A stretch of DNA of 64,000 nt from Macrostomum lignano. Lineage: Eukaryota. The translations under genes and the position numbers were made by a program. The stretch spans positions 620,001-684,000 of the forward strand of contig NIVC01000184.1 in NCBI GenBank assembly GCA_002269645.1. The letters run 5' to 3'. The notes under the pieces were generated by a model. That model had not been told where the DNA came from. It did not search any database and saw only the letters and a program-made list of their open reading frames with translations. Positions 14,901 to 26,733 of the stretch are shown one piece after another (the stretch's first letter is position 1; the number at the start of each line of letters is the position of its first letter).

Positions 14901-16175
14901 CAGTATCCTGAGCGATAGCGCCTGAAATAACAAATAATAGGATGTCATTAGTATTCGAGCAAAGAGATTCAGTTCGTGACTAGAAACAAGCAAAAACTAC
15001 TAACGAGACACTAATTATAGTCACAATTAGCAAATCAGTAAAAAATAGACCCCTGTGCGTATGTGTTGTTCCTTCCAGTCGGGGGCTTTGATCCATTATG
15101 AGCTTTAAAGTAGCCTAACGCGCACACACAGGTAGACTATATCTGTCCGCCTCACTTAGGCGCACTCCAAACGCAGCTGTCAGTCAGTTATTAGTAACGC
15201 CTATTTCTCTAGCATGTAGTACTTCACTTCCCTCTCTTTTTTTACTTTCACTACCCTCTTTATCAGCTACATAGCTTCCCTGTTGGAATGGAGGAACAGG
15301 TCAAAGAAATCCCAAAGAAAAAAGCTCCGAAAGCAGAGGACAGGAAACCCTAGTTGTGTTGTTACACAGCATAAGAGCTTTTAGAGTTTAGATAGCTGCT
15401 TTATACAGGCAAACTGTGTAGATGGCTGCTGCTAGGTGTAGATGATGTGGTGTGAGAGAAGCCTAATTTCCTTTAAATAATAATAATAATTGATTACACC
15501 TGCCCCAGAGGACAGATGTGCAACCGACAGCTCAGCCGCAGCTACTGAAGGCTGCGTACGGCTGTTCAGTCCAAATACTGGGGGGGGGGGGTTGCCACAC
15601 ACACCCTCAGTTACCCCCCAGCTAATGCTGCAACACCCAATTTACAGCTGCTGGGTGAACTGAAGCAATGCAGAGTTAAGCGTCTTGCTCAAGGACACAA
15701 ATTATTCTAGTGTAATCGGGAATCGAACCCCCGACCTTCAAGTCGTGAGTCTGACGCTCTGACCACACAAGCCCTCCTAATATCTAAAAATACTGTTAAA
15801 TGCTTAAATAGTGAATGAACAATTGCCATCGCTCACCAACAATCTGAAATGTGACGCTAGTATAGTTATGCCTAACAATGGGACTGTATCTAGCAGGAAA
15901 GTCGGCCCAGGGCTTATTCAGCCGCCAATTAGTATTGTCAATAATCTGTCTGGGTTGCGATGTTGGACTCTGTGTGGAATCGTCCAGATCTGACTCTTCC
16001 AGAGCCATGAATGGCGTTGGCGATTGGAATCGAACCAAGGATGGCACAGTGGTGGCTCCAAATGGAGGCGGCCCATCAAATGAGCAGGTGATGTTGATGT
16101 GGGCACCTTCGGAACTAGTTCGAGTTGACAGAGTGACAGCAGATTTAACAGAGGCCACAGGTTGCACTTGATGAC
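11909..16175 (-). CDS. Uncharacterised beta-rich cell-surface glycoprotein with C-terminal GPI-anchor signal; 5' exon(s) not located
   Basis: Four exons join in frame via GT-AG sites with matching phases: 16175-15837 (1/1), 14501-14233 (1/0), 13640-12986 (0/1) and 12024-11909. The C-terminus ...TSGANSVSSADNRAAISAAVLVASALSFLLPAC* has small omega residues, a spacer and a hydrophobic tail. Several N-x-S/T sites are present. The last acceptor is the best-fitting choice rather than proven. Confidence 0.75.
12075..12925 (+). repeat. About 30-bp intronic minisatellite CAATGGACACCCCAGGTGAATACAGACAC(GC)A
   Basis: Fills the last intron of the GPI-protein gene. Confidence 0.97.
13672..14200 (+). repeat. 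29-bp intronic minisatellite GGGTCATAGGAATCTATGAGGTCATCGAT
   Basis: Period 29 (13681 and 13710); fills the intron between the exons ending at 14233 and starting at 13640. Confidence 0.97.
14560..14780 (+). repeat. Old degenerate tandem repeat (GACGAATCCGG...TAAAAGTACTTT)
   Basis: About 6 diverged copies sharing AAGTACTTT, next to a splice acceptor. Confidence 0.7.
15476..15777 (-). mobile_element. tRNA-derived SINE with CORE-like domain
   Basis: Minus strand shows an A-box-like TGGTCAGAGCG, B-box GGTTCGATTCC, CORE-like GTGTCCTTGAGCAAGACGCTTAAC...CTGTAAATTGGG and a (TTA)n tail. Confidence 0.8.
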
Positions 16176-16564
16176 CTGGATGGCAGATTATAATAAAAAT
16201 ACGTTTCTGTAGTTAAAGCTTCAAATCTATGTAAAACTTTTTAATGTACATAAACAATTTTAAAAAATATACTGTAAATTATTTGCATTTATATTATTAT
16301 AACCATACTGGACTCTCCTAGAAAAGTAGGGACTTGACCCTTGGAGTGTTCTAATACTAGCTAGGCTGGCAGTACTCAAAAGTTCAAAATGAGAAAAAAC
16401 CAGACATATCTACCTTATGAGTATCATTTACATTGCTAAGCCTCTTGGACCCAATAGATCTAAGTCTTGCAGTTTTTAAATCACAATAATTATAATGATT
16501 TTAAAAGTTCTAAGAATAAACCCTGATAATAATATAGGCATTCCACTTTTGACAGACCTAAAAA

Positions 16565-18687
16565 CAGTGATAGGCACTGCTAAATTTATTTTTAGCGCCG
16601 CTAATTAGCGCTGTCGCTAACTGATAGAAGAAAAAAATTAGCGATCACTAATAGCGGGCACAATTTCTACTTTGAATTTAGCGCAATTAGTGCTGCTAAT
16701 TTTGAAATGCGCAAATTAATTAATATATTTAATATAAAGTTATAAACTGCCATTTCACACATATTTATGCATTTTTGCACATTTTTAACTCATACATTTT
16801 AAATGAATAAGCTAATAATGCTATTGCTAATAATTTGTTTTTATTATCAATCCTAATAAAAAATCCTCAAGCCGCTGAACTGTCAGAGCAACAGTTGGTA
16901 GAAAGAGTTCCTAAATTACAATGCTGTTTGCCTTAAAAATGTCAAGGGCCCTTGCAACCAAGGCTATAGCCTTCTTATACTCAAGAAGGAAGGCAAGATC
17001 ATCAGCTTAAAATGGTGGCATGGGATTTATTAACCCCACCATCACCCTGTTGATAGCCTGTTGCTTCGCATCATCGCTTAGAATATCAACTGAGTTGAAC
17101 ATTGAATTCTTTAATTAAAATATTATATTAAATTAAATTATTCAACAACTTTTTGCTAACAAATTAAAAGCAGTAAGAAAACTTTTGAAAGTCAATGACA
17201 AAAACAAGATTAATTGTTGATAATGAAAGCAAACAAAATATACAAATTTTGTTTTGCATTTCTAAGAAAATTAGAAACTTATTAAAGATTTAGTATAGGT
17301 AGATTTATGTAATATTTAACTTATTACTCAAATAGGGTCTCATTTTAAGTATTAAACAGTCATTAACCATCTAGTTTTATAGCAAAAAATGAATTTAGTG
17401 CAATTAGCGATTTTTAGAAAATATTAGTGGCGCTTTGATAGGGTGTGCTATAGTGTTCTGCCGTAATTACGGCTACGGCTACGGCAAATTACGGCTACGA
17501 CACTTTTGAAGCCGTATTTTCATTACGGATTACGGTTACGGACATATTTTGAGCTTACGGTTACGGTTACGGATTACGGAGATTTTTCTAGACTTGCCGT
17601 AATTGGTAGCCGTAACAAAAATTATTTATTTTTAACTGTTTAGTGTTATAAAAGAATTTTTTTATATCAACTTCAACCAGTTTTCGTTTTACTAGTTATT
17701 ATTATTTTTTACATTTGTTAAGTTTCTAAATATCTACGAAACTTCTGGAAAATGAAAAACGAATTTTTTCACGAATTTTCTCATTAGGCATACGGCATAG
17801 CATAGCATAGCGATAGCATGATAGCAGCGAGACAGAGAAAGCCAGTCAAAGCCTACAAGAGACTAAGAATCTGGCATTCTTATTTCTTAGCCATATGTAA
17901 CATTTAGCTCCTTAGCATAAAAATAGGATATTAGATTTAGATTATGAGGATAAGGATGAAAGAATATTAATAAGGAAATACTAAATAAATACTAATAGGA
18001 TAAGAATATGAATTATGATTGAAAATTGATTGAAACCAAAGAAGACAATACAATAGACAATGCAATAAAATGAAAATGAAAAATGTAACATGCAATTTCT
18101 TAGTCATTGGAAATTTTGAAGCAGTTTTATTTGAACAAATTCATATATTTATTTAATGATATTAAACATACACATTGACCTTGGCACGTAAGTCATATAT
18201 TCATATTGTAGCGAAACAAAACAGAATCACGACACAGAAAACTGAAAAAGGCACCAAGCACACAATTGCATACAGCAATGCTATAGAATACTTCGATAAA
18301 GATATTATATTTACGAAAAAATAAATGAATATTAATGCATGAACGAACAACAAGTAGGTTTTATTGCTATCCTTTTATCCTTTTTATCTGTCCTTTTCTG
18401 TCTGCCCTACTTTTCATGCAAAAATATCAATTTTTGTTATACATTATGGCTACGGTTACGGCAAATTACGGTTACGGACTTTTTTAGCCCGTAATGACGG
18501 CAAAATTTGGCTACGGAAGTTGCTTCTTTCTTACGGCTATGGTTACGGTTACGGAGGTCAAAACTCGCGGCGGCGGAATACTAGTGTGCTAATTGGAATT
18601 CGAATTTAACAGAATTAGCGGCACTAACAAAACATTAGCTGGCAGTTTAGCGGAATTCAAATTTAGTGGTGCTAGTGCCCATCACTG
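16565..18687 (-). mobile_element. Non-autonomous hAT element with transposase remnant
   Basis: TIRs CAGTGATAGGCACT / AGTGCCCATCACTG and an exact 8-bp TSD CCTAAAAA (16557-16564, 18688-18695). Subterminal TTAGCG repeats. A stop-interrupted hAT-like peptide (DDLAFLLEYKKAIALVARALDIFK...LFLPTV) lies at about 16860-17090. Confidence 0.9.
17451..18583. mobile_element. hAT-type MITE nested in the previous element
   Basis: TIRs TAGTGTTCTGCCG / CGGCGGAATACTA, exact 8-bp TSD GTGTGCTA (17443-17450, 18584-18591), and subterminal TTACGG/CTACGG repeats at both ends. Confidence 0.92.
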
Positions 18688-19040
18688 CCTAAAAATGTTT
18701 TTAACAAAAAAGACCCTTGATTAACTTGACAGCTAATACGACATTGCCTTTTAATTTAATATAGATATAGCCTTCTAATAAAGTTGGTTGTTCTTTAAGC
18801 TAAAACTTTTCTCTTAGCATTTAAAATGGCTTTAGACTAGGTATATCAATTATAGCATAGATCAACTTGATAAACATCGAATCTGACTTTATTATTATAA
18901 TTAGTATGCCTATGGCTATATGTTGAAAATTTTTAAATTTTAAACAAAGTTCATTATATAGGATGTGTTAGATAAATTGCAACATCTTTAAAGCTAGCTA
19001 TAGGCCTAGTCTTATAGCTTTACTAAATCCCATTTGTGAT

Positions 19041-19375
19041 CAGGGTTTTTTGTGCACAGAGTGTGCGTATGCACCCTAAATTTTAAAATCGCACCCTGAA
19101 TTTAAAAAAGTAGATGGTTTAGTGTGGTCTTATAACCATTTTTCTTTAAAGGCTTAACCATGCTTAAGCTATTTTTCATGCACTGCCTTAAATTATGAAA
19201 CAAAATAACTCTTTAAATCCTATTAAGTCATATAGGCAATATAGCCTATGGCTATATAGCCTTATATAAGATATTAAAATATACATTCCCAGTTGTTTGA
19301 AATAAGACTCAAGAGAAATTGCACTTTGAGCCTTAAAATCGCACCTTGAAATTTGTCTCTGGCAAAAAAAACCAG
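19041..19375. mobile_element. hAT-type MITE
   Basis: Ends CAGGGTTTTTT / AAAAAAAACCAG, exact 8-bp TSD TTTGTGAT, and AAAATCGCACC motifs near both ends. Confidence 0.85.
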
Positions 19376-20423
19376 TTTGTGATAGAGAAGACAAAGCATT
19401 GATAGCTAATTTTGTAATAAATAATAAAAGTTACTTATTACATGTTGCAATTTATCTGATGCACCCTATACTTAAATAGGCCTAGTAAAATAAGAACATA
19501 ATTTGTCACAATTTCCTATAACTTTTATAATTGCAAAATCGCATATTCACATTTGATATATTATTGCCTTATTTTAATTAAATTGCAAACATTTCAATTT
19601 GTGTGCTAGAGTTCTAACATCCTATATTCATATTTGTAACTAAGTGAGTCTAGTAGAGTTGAGACAAGAGCCTAGTATTTTGTTTAACAACAAAAATCTT
19701 TTAATATTAATAAACCTGTGAAATTACTATCTATAACTATATTGATAATAAACAAGACAGTAGGCCTAGGCCTATGTCTAGTGTCAAATTCAGAGCTAGG
19801 CCTACAAATCCGAAACAAAATCAAAGTACTTACAACAGAAGATGAAAAGCAATAACACATTAAAAAGGCGTATGATTCTAAACGCAATTGAACTCATTTT
19901 GGAACTGAGCGGAGCCGGTCTTCCTTGCTAAACTTAAAAATGAGACGATTGGTAACAAATAAATTACCTAATAATATGGTTTGTTATGATTAAAACTTAA
20001 TAAAAATGAAACGAAACTTTGCTGCCTAAAAATTGAATCGTTCAATTAATACTTTAGAAGCATGGGGCTAAGATAAAGAATGTTCGAGAACTTCTTTCTC
20101 AGAGTGCTGATACTGCTATGTATTATGACCGGATTTTTAGTTCTCGGTTCAGTTCCGAAATTTAATTAATTCACTCCGGATTGCCTCTAAATAGTTAGTG
20201 TATAAACAAAGTAAAAACATTTCTGCTCCAATTGCACTTAAACAGCAAATAAAAAAGCATTGCCATTGCAATAAATATTTAAATTATATTATTTTTTGAT
20301 GATAGTTTTACATTTTATTGTAATTTTTTCGTCAGTCATTTTAGCGCGCATATGAAACTTATGCATACGAAATTCAATAAGCACATTGCTTTCGAATTGC
20401 TTGGAGAATGCCTAAGGCAAAGG

Positions 20424-20612
20424 CAGTGGCGCAACCAGGTGGGGGGCGGGGGCGGTCGCCCCCCTCTTATAGGCGCGGAGACCCAAAAAATCAAAGAATC
20501 AGAGGGGGGACCAAGCGAATTTTCGCCAAAACAGAGCCACCCCTCCGACCCCTCTCCCGGGACTTTACCCTCCAGAATCCGCCCCCTCATAAAATTTCTG
20601 GTTGCACTACTG
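20424..20612. mobile_element. Short GC-rich hAT-like MITE
   Basis: Imperfect TIR CAGTGGCGCAACCAG / CTGGTTGCACTACTG; no clean TSD. Confidence 0.6.
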
Positions 20613-21068
20613 AACGAAAGTTTCCTTACACACCCTCTCTTCAATATAAATTTATAATTATATTATATTTCAATATAAAATTATAATATTTTACATATTA
20701 TAATTTTAATTTTAATTTTAATTACATGTATATATAATAATATAATTAAAAAAGATATTTAATTTATCTGCACTTTCTTTGAAAATTTAATCTCATAAGA
20801 ATAAAATATAAGCATAAAAGTCATGCTCAAATGTCTTTTGCTGAGCAAAACTGTCACTCTATAATGATGGTATGAAATATTTACGCGTAGATGAACTTTG
20901 TTTTAGTTTTTAGTTACTCTTAAGACTAGAAAAAAAATTACCTGGGACTAAATGAAGTATAATTTGTTTTAACTAATTGTTTTACTTAAATGAATAAAAA
21001 ATATTACACTGTAAAAGTTAGCTCATAACAGCAACAACAACAACAAATTCTGCAGCTAGCAATCAAAG

Positions 21069-21590
21069 TCACAGAGCAGGGTGCTTCAGATGGCGCGCCG
21101 CAGAGCCTGAGAGCGGACGAAGTCCGCCCCGTTGGCAGTGTCGGGGCGCCCTGGCGTCGCGTACGTAGGAGGCAGTCCACGTATCAACGGGTTTGGGCCT
21201 GACCCCGCCTGAGCGGGCCCTGCAGAGTGAGCAACAGGACGTCCTGAACAGGTTGGCGTGTTGACAACCAGTCCGACGCTCAATGCCACCTTGACCAACC
21301 TGTCGATCTGGCGGGATGCCACCTTGAACGGACGAGGACAGGAGAGCGAGTTCGTCGGCGTAGCCAAGCAAATAATAATAAGGCGCTTTTCACCGTGGCG
21401 GCGACCGATGCGTCTGCGCAGCGCAGGAAGCCGTCGTTAGTCGAGGATACTGCGGTCCGAAGCACCCAGTGGCAGCAGCACGAAGAGAAACGGCGCCAAA
21501 GTGTCGCCATGCAGAACTCCTGATGAAGTGTCGAACTGATGATGATTTACATGTATGTAATCGCCCTACTAGTGAACCGTCTTCTCATGG
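21069..21590 (-). mobile_element. Non-LTR retrotransposon (RTE-like) reverse transcriptase fragment, frameshifted
   Basis: GVLHGDTLAPFLF (21520-21482) and LGYADELALLSSSVQ...IDRLVKVALSVGLVVN match the RT QGD and YADD motif regions. Confidence 0.85.
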
Positions 21591-22623
21591 GGAAGGATCA
21601 GATCGTATGACTATGGATGGCTGCCAGCCGTCTATGACCAGACTATGACCGACAGATCGCCCTTCAGATTGTCCCGCCCATGCATATTGATAACAATTTT
21701 TGGTAGTGCTATATTAGAGACGCGGTAAGGACCCAAATGTGCCCCATCGATAGCTAAGGTGCAAATATTGATCATCGGGTTATTGCATGACCCACTGGCT
21801 GCCACCACTCTGTGACCTGGCGAACCTGGATCTACGGTATGACCAGACCTGGCGAGGCCGGAGCCCCGCCTGGGATGGGTATCAAGGGTTGGAGCTAGCG
21901 GCGAGCAGCATGCAGCCGAATAGCTATAATAGGAATCTGCTTGGGCACAAATCGGGAACTCCGGGATCATACAGACGGATTTTTATCAGGGGATCCTTTT
22001 AAGGCTGTGATGACATACGGTTCAGATTGCAAAAAGTACATGTAGTGTATAGAGAAAACGTAGAACAGCTATACATGTACATCTAGTTTGGATTGATCAA
22101 TGGGTTCGGGCCTGGCTCCTCATATGAAAGGTTTTCCTCTCCACATGGAGCACCAGACCGCTGATGTGATGAACCACTGCTGGCCGCAGCGTGCGTCTGC
22201 GTCGTGGCATGTCAGGTCCGCTGATACGTCAGCAGACACAGAGTCAGCATCTCGGTCTTCAATATGCTGACAACGCTTGAACCCACCTCTTTCTGTGCTT
22301 TCAACAGACGAGAAAAAGAGGCTGAGGTCGCCAGCGTTGCCAAACAAGCTTAGGTGTTTTTTGCCGCTGTGGCGAACGATGCGTCTCCACAACAGATAAA
22401 AAAAGCAGGAAGAAATCTCTCCATTTCAGCATTCGAGGTGTGCCACGAAGCTCACAGATGTTCAATTGAAAAGATATTTTTGGTGTAAAGTCTACTCAGA
22501 TGTTATATTGCAAAAATGCTTTTAGTTTAATTTTAAAAAGATTTTCCTCGCTGTAGTATGCATTTGATTTTTTGTTTATTTATTTTCGTGGAACTGAACG
22601 TGGAACTGAAAATCCGGTCATCT

Positions 22624-24470
22624 ATGTATTGGTTTCCCTACAGACATTCAGACAGACATTCAGAAATCGTTCAGTAAATGTTTAACAAAATTGTCTATTT
22701 ATTACGCAAGATACTGTGTATATATAAAACTTTTACGCATGTCTCTGCTTTAAAAAGACACCTCAGACACACACAAAGACGCTTCACAAGCTGAGATATT
22801 CCCTAGCAACTGTTGTTACGACGTTTCCCAATATACCGAATACTGTATATAGTAGTTTTTTGAGAAGCCGCTACATCGTCCCACTTTGGTCTTTCTGCAT
22901 GAAATTTGCACAGCTGTTTTACGCATGTCTCTGCTTTAAAAAGACACCTCAGACACACACAAAGACGCTTCACAAGCTGAGATATTCCCTAGCAAATTCC
23001 CTAGCACCTCGTCCGATGACGTGCCACTCCCAGCGTTCTTGCGATTGGGGTTCTTCCTTCATTACAAAAGTAAGTTCTCTCTTGCACCCCTGCATCTTGC
23101 ACGCAGCCCTTACTGTCCAGAAATTCGTAGATTTTTTTACTGTCCTCTGATAGTGCAGTGATACGGCTAATGCTTTTTGTATATTGTATCAGTTTGCATC
23201 TCTGCAGCTCACTTCTGCCGGCTGATTTCTTCTGTGATACATTGTGATGAGAGGTTCTCAGTAAGCAATTATGGCAATTAATTTATGGCAATTATGGCAT
23301 ATTGCACGAGGTGTCTCGTACTTGAAAATCTTGAAAGTCTAGTGCTTGTAGCCATTTATTGAAAAAAATTTAATGGAAAAAATTACATGTATGCATGTAA
23401 TTACGTGCACAACATGCATCAAAAATGAGCAGAGCAATAAGCATGAATAAAGCACAAATTTATGTGGTTGCACAAAAATGGCGCACTGGTAGTCAGACAC
23501 GAAGCCTGCGGAAAATCAGCCTTCAAAAATTTTTCCGTAGTTCGTGAGTGCCGAGTCCTTCTTCTCGCACTACAGTGGTCCTTGCCTATATAGCCATTCG
23601 TAGACGTCAGTCTCTCACAAAGCCAAAAAATATGCTTATATGCTTACTTCTTCCTTGGTAGGGAAACTCATTGAGATGATGACCAGGAACAAAGCCAAAA
23701 TGCATATTGACAACCTCATGCCGAAAAAAAACTGTCAGATGAATTAAGTACCAAAATATGCTAGTGCTTATTGTACTCTTGCCAATATAAGATAGAGATA
23801 TTGTAGTCAGCAGAGACAATTCATCCATATTGTCAAAATGAGCTTGTTAGTGAGAAAGATTATATACCAAAACAGGGTGCAGGCATATTCTGTGTTAGGC
23901 CTCTTGCGTAATGTACATGGCAAAATGACAACGAATGTACATAAAGAAAAACTGCCTCCTGTACAGTGTTAATATTGCTGATAGATCTGCCTAAAGTAAA
24001 GTGCTTCAGATCGGTAGAAGGCAAATACAAGTATAACGTACATTCCATGCCGGTGTCCAAATGCAAGTTAGATATGAGCATGCCTTCAGGCAACCGTTGC
24101 TAGGGAATATCTCAGCTTGTGAAGCGTCTTTGTGTGTGTCTGAGGTGTCTTTTTAAAGCAGAGACATGCGTAAAACAGCTGTGCAAATTTCATGCAGAAA
24201 AACCAAAGTGGGACGATGTAGTGGCTTCTCAAAAAAACTACTATATACAGTATTCGGTATATTGGGAAACGTCGTAACAACAGTTGCTAGGGAATATCTC
24301 AGCTTGTGAAGCGTCTTTGTGTGTGTCTGAGGTGTCTTTTTAAAGCAGAGACATGCGTAAAAGTTTCTATATATACACAGTATCTTGCGTAATAAATAGA
24401 CAATTTTGTTAAACATTTACTGAACGATTTCTGAATGTCTGTCTGAATGTCTGTCGGGAAACCAATACAT
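22624..24470. mobile_element. Foldback / long-TIR DNA transposon
   Basis: Arms 22624-22995 and 24097-24470 (about 372 bp) are near-identical inverted copies. Each contains a 79-bp internal direct repeat twice. TSD is ambiguous (TA or AT). Confidence 0.85.
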
Positions 24471-26003
24471 GATACTGCTCGCTTTAATTGAGTTTAAATA
24501 TTTAATTTCTTTAATTTAAATTGCTGCCCGTAGTTTTTGTTTGCAAATAAGTAAAACTGTATTCAATTCAACAGAACTTAATTTAATTTGTGCGATACCG
24601 CTTCTTTAATTTAAGGAGTTTCCATAACGTGCTTGTGGTAGCAGTTGTTTTAATGAACACTTTCTTGAGCTTCGAATTTATCGATTTGTTCAGCTATAAA
24701 CACAATTTAAACGTCCAATTATTTTTGTAGGTGTGCTGCTGTAAATTAGCAGCCTTCGTTGCCAACTCTTCCTTTGACCCTTAAATGATACTGTACTATT
24801 GTCTCTGGTTCTGATGATTATCCATACGCGATGATGCATCACATGTATACGTGTGTAGTACATATGCAGTGCTTAATTAAACAAATGGCGCGCAGTCTTT
24901 GCAACGAACTACTTGTAAACAGTGACTGCCTTTCGAACTTAAAATATAGCCCACTACATGTACACTCGAGCCTCCTAGACCAATTATGAGTTTTATGCAT
25001 CTGGAGTGGAACCGGCGTTTTTCGATCACAATTACGAGCTACCTCGAGGCCATGCACGCACACAGAATAATTATGGTTTGCTTCGTAATATTATGGATCA
25101 CTAGTCATGATTTTCTTATTCGTCGATGTATACACGTAACTGGTAATGTAAAAGCACATTACATGTATATTGTCGCTGACGTTGGATTGCTTTAGTACAT
25201 GTAAGCCACTTACATGTACCTGAGATGGACAAAATGCGCTAAAATTATCAGAGGGGAGAGGATCATATACACTTTAGAAATTCAGTAGCTCTCATATAAA
25301 TACGATCGAGGTAAAAAATTTTCTCTTTCCACTTCAGATGCTAATTGTATTGAACTCCTTATTCGCTTAGACAAGTTTGGAGAGGCCAAGGAACGTGTAC
25401 TCGTACATGTACATGTATTTTTTTATATTGCCAGTGCGCCGTTTAGTATGCTCTAGATAATCCCGAACGCATATACGCTCGTATATATAGCGCTGCTGAA
25501 TCGCCGGGGTTTCACCATAGACATTCACACGCCAATCCAATTCTTCTAGCGAACGTTTATAACGACTAATTTTGCCTGCCGAACGTTTGCCAGCGGTACG
25601 TTTGCCTGCCGACGTTTGCCAGCCGACGACGACACAAAATTATTGGCTATTGCATATGTATGATTCATAACTCAAAGAGCATCGCGCTAACGCATGCAGT
25701 GGAAGTGCGGAGCAGGACTGTGTGGTCAACTAATGGAGATGAAAGACAGAATTCATAATTTTAATGATGAGCAGGATTAGAGCAGCTATACCCTCGTGTT
25801 AGGGAAGGGTTTGTACTGTATGGGGCGTTGCAAGCTGAATGTCTTTACTGTTAGCCATGCGTAGCAATGGGCCATCCTCAAGCGATATTTTAATGTAACA
25901 CTGGCCAGTTAGGGGAATATCACCCTTTGCCTTGCCCCCGAACGACTACAAAGTACTATAAGACTATCACTCTACAAACTATACAGAATCTAAGAACTTC
26001 AAG

Positions 26004-26733
26004 ATGCTGAACTCCGGAGTTCAAGTCAAGCTGGCAATCATCCTTGCTGGCTCTGCAAGCTCCAGCTGCGATGCAGGACGCCTACAAGCTGATCACCGGC
26101 TACTAGCTGTGAATCAGGAGCGACTTCATTGAGACTCCAGGTGGCTCAGCGACAAAGTATTTCTGTGCCGCTCTGTGCAGCCGCAACCGGCGCTGTCAGG
26201 CGTTCAGCCTGGCTGACGGTCCGTGTCAGCTGTTCGTGTTCGACAAGTGCAGCAAGTCAGTGAGGGACTGCGGCTGCTCCAGGAGAGGCCGCGTGTTTGT
26301 GAAGCAGCAGCCGGGACTCGAGGCGGGCGCGCTGTGTCCGTCTGGCTACGGAGACGACCTGTGCGGAGTGAAGTACAAGCTGCACTTTAACGCCGATCTC
26401 TGGTGGCCGAGCAGACGCCTGTGCGAGTCGGAGAGCGGTCTGGTGATCATGGCCGACGTGGTGGACGCCTCCGAGATGAGCCACGTGGACTCGATCTACG
26501 ACAGCCGGGCGGGCGGCACCTCGTTCTGGCTGGGCGGCCTCCAGCCGGCTGGCAGCCCGGAGCCAGCAGGCGGCTGGTACTGGGTCGGCTGCAACATCTC
26601 CGTTGACGCCAGCCTGTGGGGCAGCGGAGAGCCCCAGGATCCGGAGAATACTATCGGAAGGTGGAACGGTCACGACAAGCTGTCCGACTTCAGAGACTAC
26701 TCCGCTACCCCGCGAGCCGTCCTGTGCGAATGA
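26004..26733 (+). pseudogene. Secreted PAN/apple + C-type lectin domain gene, disrupted at the 5' end
   Basis: PAN-like CAALCSRNRRCQAFSLADGPCQL is followed by CTLD motifs (FWLGG, WYW, WGSGEP, VLCE*). The signal peptide from ATG 26004 is one base out of frame with the rest. In-frame TAG (26104) and TGA (26110) precede the PAN domain. Confidence 0.75.

Noticed and set aside
15700-15777. tRNA gene
   Set aside because: A and B boxes are present, but the sequence continues into a CORE-like body and (TTA)n tail with no clean acceptor stem, so it is a SINE.
26101-26112. Selenocysteine or stop-codon readthrough in the lectin gene
   Set aside because: A TAG and an upstream frameshift accompany the TGA and no SECIS was recognised; pseudogenisation is simpler. 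All other genes use the standard code.
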